From Promethearchaeota archaeon (GTDB taxonomy: Archaea > Asgardarchaeota > Lokiarchaeia > Sigyniarchaeales > SOKP01), in NCBI GenBank assembly GCA_019058015.1, contig JAHLWH010000171.1, forward strand, positions 1 to 11,181: 11,181 bases of DNA, given 5' to 3'. The notes under the pieces were generated by a model. That model was not told the DNA's origin. It was given only the letters and a program-made list of their open reading frames with translations, and did not search any database. A program made the translations under genes and the position numbers. Numbering within the stretch: the first letter of the stretch is position 1; the number at the start of each line of letters is the position of its first letter. Below, piece by piece: positions 1 to 8,076 of this stretch.

Positions 1-102
1 CGGTTATGTGTTTAATAGACTGGTTATTTCTCGTACCAATTTCCTACATTTTCGTTTTTGAAATCAAGGGGTTCAAGTTAAAGACAATAGAATAAATTTT
101 AA

Positions 103-120
103 TTTTTTTTTTTTTTTTTT
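103..120 (+). repeat. poly-T tract (T18)
   Basis: 18 consecutive T read directly from the sequence. Possible archaeal-type terminator. Confidence 0.8.
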
Positions 121-392
121 CCATATTTTTTGCCTATTTTTTATTCAATACTGAGTTTATCACTCAATCCACCAAAGAACGGTCCTAAAAAGGCCCAATA
201 TACATACTGCATATTTTAAGATAAATCCTGAAAGTAAAACAGAAATTATGGTATAACCTAAAATTGCAACCGAATAAAACAACATTTGTTTCGTTGACAG
301 AATACTTTCTTTTGCATAAATGCACACATCTGTGTTTGGGTTTCAATATTCTTAATGCAAGCGCCACGACCCCGGGAAATTTCATGGAAATA

Positions 393-429
393 TAACACTA
401 AGCTAACGCTAATAACGCTACTAACGCTA
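393..429 (+). repeat. short direct repeats TAACGCTA (9-bp period)
   Basis: TAACGCTA at 404, 413 and 422, plus the variant TAACACTA at 393. Confidence 0.8.
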
Positions 430-499
430 ATTAGCTTACCAGCCTAATATTAAGTATTAGTGCCGTGTTGTTAATTTTTGGATGTATCGTATTTCACAA

Positions 500-522
500 T
501 TTTTTTTTTTTCTTTTTTTTTT
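500..522 (+). repeat. interrupted poly-T tract (T12-C-T10)
   Basis: Read directly from the sequence. Confidence 0.8.
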
Positions 523-685
523 AAGTTCTTGTTATCATTTTATTAAGGTAGGTAATTTTATTAGAAAACTTCCGAAATTAGAAGATATTAAGGATTGGAT
601 AGCTCAAGCTAAAAAGATGTAAATTCAATCCATCCTAAATTTTATTTTTCCTCTTATTTTTAAATTTTCTCTATTGAAATAGAAA

Positions 686-727
686 GGTAAATTCAGAGTC
701 TCGTTTTCATGAAAATTCCTTTGAAAA
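686..727 (+). repeat. 42-bp cassette-boundary repeat, copy 1
   Basis: ggtaaattcagagtctcgttttcatgaaaattcctttgaaaa; aligns without gaps to the other copies. Confidence 0.93.
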
Positions 728-877
728 GACGAAATAGAAAGTAAAAAGATTGGGATTTTCTCTGTTAATACACATTTTTTATAGTAAAATCATATAAGCT
801 AATATATTATCCAGATTCTTAGTGAAATTATTTGGATATTTATTTTCATTTAAATTACACCTTACACAGGATAAACC

Positions 878-1843
878 TTAAGTGCCAAGTCTCACCGTGG
901 AACGCGCCACCCAATCCCTAAGCCTATTGCCCGAGCGATGTACAGACAAGTACAGCCGCTTATGATACCAGTAACCGACCGGGACTAGCCTTTTCAAGCG
1001 ATTTTCTCCCGAATTTGGCATATAGGAACCAAGCAACCACAAAGCATTGCTGTCATACCGGTCATGACTTACTTGATTGGTTGTTTCAAGCCGAGTTATA
1101 AAGTGGGTGAGAAAATCTTCTGGTGTCCATCCCGTTTCTCCCTGATAGGTCGACGTACTTAAGGTTCGTAAATAATCATGGGGGGTAGAATATTCCTCTA
1201 GTTGTTTTCTTCCTCCTATGACCTTACCCTGTCCTTGCTGAGGCATAATAAGTATAGGCTCAATTAGTCCCACACTCCAGCCGGGTACAGCACATAAGCT
1301 GGTTTCCTGCATTACATCTTCTTTAGTTAATCCTTGATGGTTATGATCGGTATAGACTTGAGGGAAATAAACAAGATTAGGAGTATCCACTGCTTGACGC
1401 ACCCTATCCCATATCCAGATCGGTTCAGCAGTATTTACACGAACCGGTATATCAATGTCAGTAGAATTTTTTTTAGTCTGGATAATTTTTCCCGCCACGG
1501 CATGTTTAAGAACGGCAGTTTTTACTCGTTCAATAAGTTGTGAAATAGGCATTGCGATCGGCGTTAACTGAAGCTGAGTAAATCCTTGTTGCATTTTCCT
1601 GTCAACCAATTCCTTATTGTGTGTAAATACTTCTTGCAGCTGTTCTTGAGTTGGTACAGGGTACTCTTTTCCGTCAATTCCAATCACCCCTAAATTTTCC
1701 GATCGTGGAAGAAAGGTTAAAATTCCTGTTCGGTTCAATGCAGTAATGGTGCGAGCATATTCCTTCTGAAGAGGTAATAATCCTTCGGCAGTTCTAGCTG
1801 TTTTAGAAGGTTTCAAGCCATTAATCTCTTCGTGCTTGTCCAT
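878..1843 (-). CDS. hypothetical protein, C-terminus resembling CLec/FGE-like (DGR-target-type) domain
   Basis: 321-aa ORF, visibly more GC-rich than its neighbours. The C-terminal pattern GETGWTPEDF...LWLLGSY...VPVGYW...ARSTVRL recalls CLec-fold proteins ending in RxxxR. Fold call is from recognition only. Confidence 0.75.
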   Translation of the reverse strand: MDKHEEINGLKPSKTARTAEGLLPLQKEYARTITALNRTGILTFLPRSENLGVIGIDGKEYPVPTQEQLQEVFTHNKELVDRKMQQGFTQLQLTPIAMPISQLIERVKTAVLKHAVAGKIIQTKKNSTDIDIPVRVNTAEPIWIWDRVRQAVDTPNLVYFPQVYTDHNHQGLTKEDVMQETSLCAVPGWSVGLIEPILIMPQQGQGKVIGGRKQLEEYSTPHDYLRTLSTSTYQGETGWTPEDFLTHFITRLETTNQVSHDRYDSNALWLLGSYMPNSGENRLKRLVPVGYWYHKRLYLSVHRSGNRLRDWVARSTVRLGT

Positions 1844-2016
1844 AATAACCTAATAAAACGGGAATATTTAGGATTTACTATTTAGAAATTAAATTAGGTT
1901 ATTGAAGATTAATAACTCGTTCTTTAAAGCGAGCTTTAGTGCCGAAAACGGCTTTCCCGTGCAGGTGCCATTCTCGGATCTTGGAGATCTCGAGGTGGAT
2001 GCTGGAGCGAGGGAAT

Positions 2017-2040
2017 TTTCAATGAAAATTCCTTTGAAAA
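2017..2040 (+). repeat. 42-bp cassette-boundary repeat, copy 2 (right half only)
   Basis: tttcaatgaaaattcctttgaaaa matches the consensus right 24 nt exactly. It is followed by gaagaaa, like gacgaaa after copy 1. The left half is missing. Confidence 0.85.
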
Positions 2041-2224
2041 GAAGAAACTATTAGAATTGTACTCAATTCTAATATTTGAAGGTTTGTTTTTTTACCCAAA
2101 AAGCCATTCTTTTCATTATCCAAGAACTCGCGCTCATAAATTTGTAAATATATTGTTTCTTAATTACTTGTTTTTTAAATTTAAAGATTTTTATATTCTG
2201 CAGCAATATTATATTAGAATTCTT

Positions 2225-3220
2225 ATGAAAATTTTATTCATTGGTGGAACGGGAAATATTAGTAGCTATGTAAGTAAATTACTATTAGAAAAAGGAAAAG
2301 ACCTTTATTTATTAAATCGAGGTAATATCAAAGTAGATTTACCTGGAGCCAATCATATTAAAGCTGATATAAGAAATAAAGAAGAAATTATTAAAATTCT
2401 TTCTGATCAGAAATTTGATGTTGTAGTAGATTGGATTGCTTTTACAGTAGATCATGTAGAGTTCGATTATGAATTGTTTAAAGATAAAGTTAAGCAATAT
2501 ATTTTTATTAGCAGTGCTTCTGTTTATCAAAAACCCCCTTCAACTCCATATATTACTGAATCTACACCATTAAAGAACCCTTATTGGCAATATAGCCGAG
2601 ATAAAATTGCTTGTGAAGAATTTTTAAGGAAAAAATATCGTGAGAACGATTTTTCTATTACAATTGTTCGTCCTTCTCATACTTATAATACTATTTATCC
2701 CATAATTTCTCCTGGAGATAATAATTACACTTTTATTGATAGAATTAAAAAGGGAAAAGAAGTCTATCTCCATGGAGATGGGACAACACTCTGGACATTA
2801 ACTCATTCAGAAGATTTTGCGAAAGGTTTTTGTGGGTTAATTGGAAATATCCATTCAATCGGTCATGCGTTTCATATTACGTCTGATGAAATTCTAACTT
2901 GGAATCAAATATATGAGATTATGGCTGATACTCTGGGAGTAAAATTAAATCTTGTGTATATTCCTTCAGAATTTCTTAATAAATGTGATAATCAAGTAGG
3001 TTCTTCCTTGTTAGGAGATAAATCCTATAGTATGATTTTTGATAATTCAAAAATTAAACAATTCGTTCCTGAATTCAAAGCGACTATCCCCTTTTCAGAG
3101 GGAATAAAGCGTGTTTTTAAATGGTTTGAAGCAGATCCTAAAAGAAAGATTATCGATAAATCTATAAATGAGGGAATGGATAGAATAATTTCATTATATA
3201 AGAACAATAGAAATCTCTAA
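2225..3220 (+). CDS. NAD-dependent epimerase/dehydratase (extended/atypical SDR)
   Basis: MKILFIGGTGNIS Rossmann motif, FISSASVY, YSRDK (YxxxK) and IVRPSHTY. True start taken as ATG 2225, with TTTATA at 2190-2195 upstream, rather than 2057. Confidence 0.92.
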   Translation: MKILFIGGTGNISSYVSKLLLEKGKDLYLLNRGNIKVDLPGANHIKADIRNKEEIIKILSDQKFDVVVDWIAFTVDHVEFDYELFKDKVKQYIFISSASVYQKPPSTPYITESTPLKNPYWQYSRDKIACEEFLRKKYRENDFSITIVRPSHTYNTIYPIISPGDNNYTFIDRIKKGKEVYLHGDGTTLWTLTHSEDFAKGFCGLIGNIHSIGHAFHITSDEILTWNQIYEIMADTLGVKLNLVYIPSEFLNKCDNQVGSSLLGDKSYSMIFDNSKIKQFVPEFKATIPFSEGIKRVFKWFEADPKRKIIDKSINEGMDRIISLYKNNRNL

Positions 3221-3281
3221 AGAAAGAAATTTAATCTCTTTTACTTATTAATTCTAGAATCTCTATTGATATGTATGAAAT

Positions 3282-3323
3282 GGTAAATTCAGAGTCTGAT
3301 TTATTTTAAAATTCCTCTTTATT
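3282..3323 (+). repeat. 42-bp cassette-boundary repeat, copy 3 (degenerate right half)
   Basis: ggtaaattcagagtctgatttattttaaaattcctctttatt; first 21 nt are identical to the consensus. Confidence 0.9.
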
Positions 3324-3461
3324 ATGCGGATTTACGGCACCGGGGATATATGTCCCTTTATATGAGAGAGGGGGATAAGTGGTGGATTCGGATTTATTTT
3401 TCCATAAGATTTTTATAAAGCGTTATATAACATTATTATCAAAAAAGAACCTTGTATTTAA

Positions 3462-4127
3462 ATGAAAGATCTTGTAAAGAAGCTATTACTTTTCTTTTTT
3501 GTTTATATTCTTTATCAGAACATATTCTACATAATTCTTGTACCAGAGATATACTCGATTCCTATTTATGTTGTCTATTTACTTACCGCATATTTGTTTA
3601 CTCTTGCAGATACGTTAATTCGTTCCCTTCCAGAGGAAAAACGAGCTTCAAAAATTTTTGATATTCTAATTTTATCTATGCTTTTATTATCTCCTTTCTT
3701 CCTAATAGGGGCATATCTTGAAAATTTGTTACTTATATCCCAAATATTCCCTTTCTGGGATAATATTATAATCAGTTATATAGGATTCACTCTCTATCTT
3801 GTTGGTGCCTTGCTTACACTTGTAGCGCGAGCGCAGTTAGGACGATTTGGAACTGCGGAATTAACTACCGAAGATGATCATCAACTTTTTACTCAGGGAG
3901 TATATAAATATATTCGAAATCCCATGTATTCTGGTGGTTTAATTGCGACTATTGGATTTTGCCTTGTGTTCAGATGTATCATTATGCTTATCATTATGTT
4001 TATATATACTTTCTTAGTTTATAGAATGCGTATTATTGAAGAAGAAAGAATTTTACTAGAGAAATTTGGTAACGAATTTGAAGAATATAAAAAGAAAACT
4101 AAAAATCTATTTCCATTTCTTTATTAA
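3462..4127 (+). CDS. isoprenylcysteine carboxyl methyltransferase (ICMT/PEMT) family membrane protein
   Basis: Multi-TM protein with HQLFTQGVYKYIRNPMYSG and RIIEEERILLEKFGNEFEEYKKKT motifs. Confidence 0.9.
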   Translation: MKDLVKKLLLFFFVYILYQNIFYIILVPEIYSIPIYVVYLLTAYLFTLADTLIRSLPEEKRASKIFDILILSMLLLSPFFLIGAYLENLLLISQIFPFWDNIIISYIGFTLYLVGALLTLVARAQLGRFGTAELTTEDDHQLFTQGVYKYIRNPMYSGGLIATIGFCLVFRCIIMLIIMFIYTFLVYRMRIIEEERILLEKFGNEFEEYKKKTKNLFPFLY

Positions 4128-4147
4128 AAAATCATTTCTTCAGAACA

Positions 4148-4189
4148 AGTTAATTCAAAGTCTGATTTCAATGAAAATTCCTTTGAAAT
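4148..4189 (+). repeat. 42-bp cassette-boundary repeat, copy 4
   Basis: agttaattcaaagtctgatttcaatgaaaattcctttgaaat, starting 21 nt after the ICMT stop. Confidence 0.9.
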
Positions 4190-4345
4190 TTTCGTAGCAA
4201 CTGCTGAGCAAGTCGACCATTGCTAAGATTAAAAAACAGAGAAATTTGATATTATTTTTGCTATTCAAGCTCTAACTCTAATGCAAAAATAAATAAAAAT
4301 AATGCAGGTTTTAATACTATTAAAAAAAAAAATTTGCGATTTTAA

Positions 4346-5017
4346 ATGGTAAATAATAAATTAAAATTCTATATTAAGAATTGGTATTATTTTGGTGCTG
4401 TTCTATTCGTAGTATTAGCTTATATCGTTGGATTTTTTGGAGAAGCAATAAATCCGCTTCAAAAAATATTGATACTGAGCTTTATGGCTTTGCTTGTGCA
4501 TCAATTCGAGGAATATGGACTCCCAGGAGGATTTCCTGCGATAATGAATTCTATAATTAGGGGAGAGACGGAAGTCCCAGATAGATTTCCATTGAACCAA
4601 AAAAGCGTCGCAGTTGTAAATGTAATCGGAGCATATACCTTCTATATCGCAGCCATTTTCTTGTCAAATCTGATTTGGCTCGGACTCGCGCAGATATTGT
4701 TTGGCATGGTGCAGTTCCTGATGCATGGTATCATTATTAACGTTAAAATGAAGACTTTTTACAACCCAGGAATGGGGGCGGTCGTATTTCTTCACTGGCC
4801 AATTGGGATCTATTACATATGGTACATACATGCAAACGGGCTCGTGCAGGCACTGGATTGGATTGTGGCAATCGCGTGCGTAGTTGCGGTTGTAATATTT
4901 ATTGTCGCACTACCAGGTAGGCTGCTTCAAGACAAGAACTCTGAACATCCGTTTTCAAAGGAAGAAATGGAACGCTTTAACATGAAAGAAAAGCTGGCAA
5001 AGTTGCAAGGAAAATAA
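4346..5017 (+). CDS. HXXEE domain-containing membrane protein
   Basis: LLVHQFEEYGLPGGF (HxxEE) and YNPG motifs, several hydrophobic helices. Confidence 0.88.
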   Translation: MVNNKLKFYIKNWYYFGAVLFVVLAYIVGFFGEAINPLQKILILSFMALLVHQFEEYGLPGGFPAIMNSIIRGETEVPDRFPLNQKSVAVVNVIGAYTFYIAAIFLSNLIWLGLAQILFGMVQFLMHGIIINVKMKTFYNPGMGAVVFLHWPIGIYYIWYIHANGLVQALDWIVAIACVVAVVIFIVALPGRLLQDKNSEHPFSKEEMERFNMKEKLAKLQGK

Positions 5018-5093
5018 AAGGCTTTCACGCTCAGCACTTCCGAATCATTTAGCGCGTGTTCTACTTCCTCTTTTAAACCAAAATCATCGCCGA

Positions 5094-5178
5094 ATTTGCA
5101 TTTTCCTCCGTTTTAAGAGACACAAGGTTCGAGCCTTTTTAAATGTTGTCCCAATTTTCTGTGAAAACTGGATGGAAA
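5094..5178 (+). repeat. 85-bp left-flank duplication shared with 7841-7925
   Basis: atttgcattttcctccgttttaagagacacaaggttcgagcc...gatggaaa aligns without gaps to 7841-7925 with few substitutions. Confidence 0.92.
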
Positions 5179-5220
5179 GGTAAATTCAGAGTCTGATTTC
5201 AATGAAAATTTAGTGAAAAA
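5179..5220 (+). repeat. 42-bp cassette-boundary repeat, copy 5
   Basis: ggtaaattcagagtctgatttcaatgaaaatttagtgaaaaa. Confidence 0.93.
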
Positions 5221-5269
5221 TTCCCATCAATTAAAGTAGTGAGATATAAAAAAATACAGAAAAAATTGA

Positions 5270-6448
5270 TTATTCTATTCTTTTCCTTTTGCGTCTGATT
5301 AAAAGTATGGCTACTACACCTACCACTGCTCCTCCACTAATAACTGATATTAAAATAATCAATTCGAGGGGAATTCCTCCACCTTCTTGAATTGGACATT
5401 TCATTAATGGAAAGTTATCTTGGCTTCCCGCTTGGCCAGTAATAGTATATGGAACATCACCAATTCCATCGCCACCCGCATCGGAACCTGTATAATCACT
5501 CCAATAATTCCCCTTTATACCATTATCCCAGTTGTTATTCAAACCTTCATCATGAGCATTCTTACTGTTATTAATAAAACAATTAAGAAATATAGAATTC
5601 CCCGATGAACTATCGCCTGTTGCTGGAATTCCCAAACCAGCCCCCCCCGTAAATGAATTGTATTTCATCATATTTTGCGTAACTGTGTTATAATGACTGC
5701 CATGTAAATATATCCCATTATAGTTATTACTATTTGCGATATTTTCCGAAAGAATGTTATTATCACTATAAAAAAGAACTATCCCATTAAGGTTGCTAGT
5801 CGCGTTATTTCCTGAAAGGGTGTTATTATCACTAGAATAAAGATCTATCCCATACCAGTTATAATTGTTATTTGCGATATTTCCCGAAAGGGTGTTATTA
5901 TCACTATAAGAAAGAACTATCCCATTATCATTGCTATTCGCAGTATTTCCTGAAATTGTATTATTATTACAATAATTAGATAAAAATATTCCAAAATTCC
6001 TATTATTCGAACAGTCATTATCAATTATTTGCCCATTACTAACCTTTATTAATCTGATTCCCGCATCACCATAGTTTGCTCCCGAATTATAGAGGGTGCA
6101 GTTTTCAATCCTAAAGTATACATCAGAATTTCTTATCCAAATACAATTTCCCGAATATCCGCCATCTATTACCAAATCCTCTATAACATATGGCTCGGAA
6201 TAAGTGCCATTTCCCGTACAAATTCCCGCATTCTTAGCAGCAGTCCAATTAGTGTCAATATGAATTTTTCCCGATAGTGCTGAGATTTTCAAATTTTCGT
6301 TATCGAAATTAATATCATCGCTATACTCCGAACTTTTATCGCTATTTCCCGCATTAAAATTGAGATTATTGTTAATTATAAGTGATAAAGCGAAAATGAT
6401 TCCTAAAATCATAAAAAATACTGTTTTTGTTTTTAGATTGTATTGCAT
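5270..6448 (-). CDS. secreted, membrane-anchored NosD-like right-handed parallel beta-helix protein
   Basis: N-terminal hydrophobic signal/TM segment, CTGNGTYSEPYVIEDLVIDGG, repeated GIxLxxSDNNTLSGN coils, GNYWSDY...DGIGDVPY, and a C-terminal TM with basic tail RRKRKR. This architecture is common in Lokiarchaeia. Confidence 0.9.
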   Translation of the reverse strand: MQYNLKTKTVFFMILGIIFALSLIINNNLNFNAGNSDKSSEYSDDINFDNENLKISALSGKIHIDTNWTAAKNAGICTGNGTYSEPYVIEDLVIDGGYSGNCIWIRNSDVYFRIENCTLYNSGANYGDAGIRLIKVSNGQIIDNDCSNNRNFGIFLSNYCNNNTISGNTANSNDNGIVLSYSDNNTLSGNIANNNYNWYGIDLYSSDNNTLSGNNATSNLNGIVLFYSDNNILSENIANSNNYNGIYLHGSHYNTVTQNMMKYNSFTGGAGLGIPATGDSSSGNSIFLNCFINNSKNAHDEGLNNNWDNGIKGNYWSDYTGSDAGGDGIGDVPYTITGQAGSQDNFPLMKCPIQEGGGIPLELIILISVISGGAVVGVVAILLIRRKRKRIE

Positions 6449-6928
6449 TTTATTTTCGCCAAGAATGTATAGACTATTATGTAAAAAAGATGATAAATAA
6501 ATATTTAATATTTTTGTCGATAATTATTTTTTTCTCAATCCTTACCCCTTTCTCTTTTCGAATTCTCTTTCTAAATCAACTTAAGACAAAAATAAATATG
6601 AGTTAAATCTTTAACTATTAGATAAACAAATTCTGAAATATATTGGAAATTTTTTAAGGAATCAAGGTCATCTCCTCAAAAACCGCAAATATAGGAGTAT
6701 TATAAGACCGGGCTCAATATTTTTTAAAGAAGGTAATTACGCAAGTAATTTTGCCTCGTGGGATGCAGAATTAACCGAAAGGATACTCAGTGGTAATTCG
6801 TTTAAAGTTCTAGGGAATTGAAAAGAGAATAACTTGTTCATCTTATAGAAAGACAATTAACATACTTAGAAAAAAAAGGGATGCATTGTGGAAAATTGGA
6901 AAACTTTATTCAACAACAAGACTGGAGA

Positions 6929-6970
6929 GGTAAATTCAGAGTCTGATTTCCATGAAAATTTCTTTGAAAA
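6929..6970 (+). repeat. 42-bp cassette-boundary repeat, copy 6
   Basis: ggtaaattcagagtctgatttccatgaaaatttctttgaaaa. Confidence 0.93.
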
Positions 6971-7139
6971 TGTTAAGATATGACAATTTATTCTAATAAG
7001 ATTTCTTATAATGCCTTTCTATAATGAGTGTAATACCAAATTAGAGGATAGCTGGATCTAATTGAATAAAGAAATTATAGGATCTTGATAAATACTGGTC
7101 TACAAATTTTTTATATTAGAATTTTCTTTAAATTCTAAT

Positions 7140-7766
7140 ATGAATCATGATTTAGACAATCTTTTTAAATTAACACCAGAGTATGTTAAAGAAGCATGTA
7201 AAGTGGCAGGTAATGCTTTTCAAGATGATCCTATTATGGTATTTGTATATCCTGATGAGAAAGAAAGAAAACAAAAGTCAAAATATGGATTTTATACGCT
7301 CTATAACTACGGAATAAAATATGGACTAGCTTATGCTACATCTAAGAACTTAGAAGGAATTATAATATGGCTTCCCGCCAATAAGGTGTATCCATCTACT
7401 TGGACTATGATGAGACATGGTGGTTTTTATACAATGCGTAAAGTAGGTTTAAAACTAAAAGCAATGAAAAGAACTATGACAGTTTTTAAGTATGAGGAAG
7501 AGAGACATAAAGAACTTGCACCCTATGACCATTGGTATTTTCAAAATATTGCCGTTAAACCAGAAGAACAAGGAAAAGGATATGGGGGATTACTGATAAG
7601 TACTATGTTAAAAACAATTGAGAGCGATGGGTTACCGATTTATGTGGAAACTAACACTGAAAAAAGTGTGTCCATTTACCAGAAATATGGATTCGAAATT
7701 CTTGAATATGGAATAATCCCTGAAACCGATATAGCTCTTTGGTGTATGTTAAGAAAACCACGTTAA
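7140..7766 (+). CDS. GNAT family N-acetyltransferase
   Basis: AFQDDP, HWYFQNIAVKPEEQGKGYGG (acetyl-CoA motif A), IYVET and YQKYGF. TTTATA at 7110-7115 upstream. Confidence 0.92.
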   Translation: MNHDLDNLFKLTPEYVKEACKVAGNAFQDDPIMVFVYPDEKERKQKSKYGFYTLYNYGIKYGLAYATSKNLEGIIIWLPANKVYPSTWTMMRHGGFYTMRKVGLKLKAMKRTMTVFKYEEERHKELAPYDHWYFQNIAVKPEEQGKGYGGLLISTMLKTIESDGLPIYVETNTEKSVSIYQKYGFEILEYGIIPETDIALWCMLRKPR

Positions 7767-7925
7767 GCTTGATAAATGAGTTTAGTGAACTCTTCTTATG
7801 AAAACCTACGAAATTTTTGTTTGGGTTCGATTTTTCGCTCATTTGTATTTTCCTCCGTTTTAAGAGACACATGGTTCGAGCCCTTTTAAATATTGTCTCA
7901 ATTTTCTGTGAAAATTGAATGGAAA

Positions 7926-7967
7926 GGTAAATTCCGAGTCTGATTTTCATGAAAATTTCATTGAAAA
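7926..7967 (+). repeat. 42-bp cassette-boundary repeat, copy 7
   Basis: ggtaaattccgagtctgattttcatgaaaatttcattgaaaa. Confidence 0.93.
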
Positions 7968-8029
7968 ACGAAATAGAAAGTAAAAAGATTGGGCTAATAT
8001 ATTATCTAGATTCTTAGTGAAATATTTGG
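7968..8029 (+). repeat. right-flank duplication shared with 729-835
   Basis: acgaaatagaaagtaaaaagattggg plus ctaatatattatctagattcttagtgaaatatttgg match 729-754 and 799-835. The copy-1 flank has 44 extra nt between the two blocks. Confidence 0.88.
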
Positions 8030-8076
8030 CTCCGAAAAAAGCTAAGAGTTTTAAATCTAAAAAAATCATCTTATCT

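Noticed and set aside
185-385. 66-aa minus-strand ORF
   Set aside because: Short, no recognisable motif, in low-complexity AT-rich DNA.
2057-2224. N-terminal extension of the SDR ORF
   Set aside because: F/Y/I-rich translation of AT-rich intergenic DNA. The Rossmann motif begins at ATG 2225.
3324-3392. GC-rich patch with small hairpin (gggatatatgtccc) as tRNA/ncRNA
   Set aside because: No cloverleaf or T-loop motif, and too little structure to support a call.
4227-4253. Similarity of agattaaaaaacagagaaatttgat to 5242-5270 downstream of copy 5
   Set aside because: A-rich, gapped and at different offsets from the repeat, so it could be chance.
686-7967. Repeat as a CRISPR array (its TTTCAAT...TTGAAA ends resemble archaeal CRISPR repeats)
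   Set aside because: Intervening segments are 0.8-1.7 kb whole genes rather than 30-45-nt spacers, and there are no cas genes.
686-7967. Repeat as canonical attC or Xer dif/pdif site
   Set aside because: No RYYYAAC...GTTRRRY bounding pair (GGTAAAT is only a near-match), and no 11-6-11 dif arrangement with a TTAT arm.
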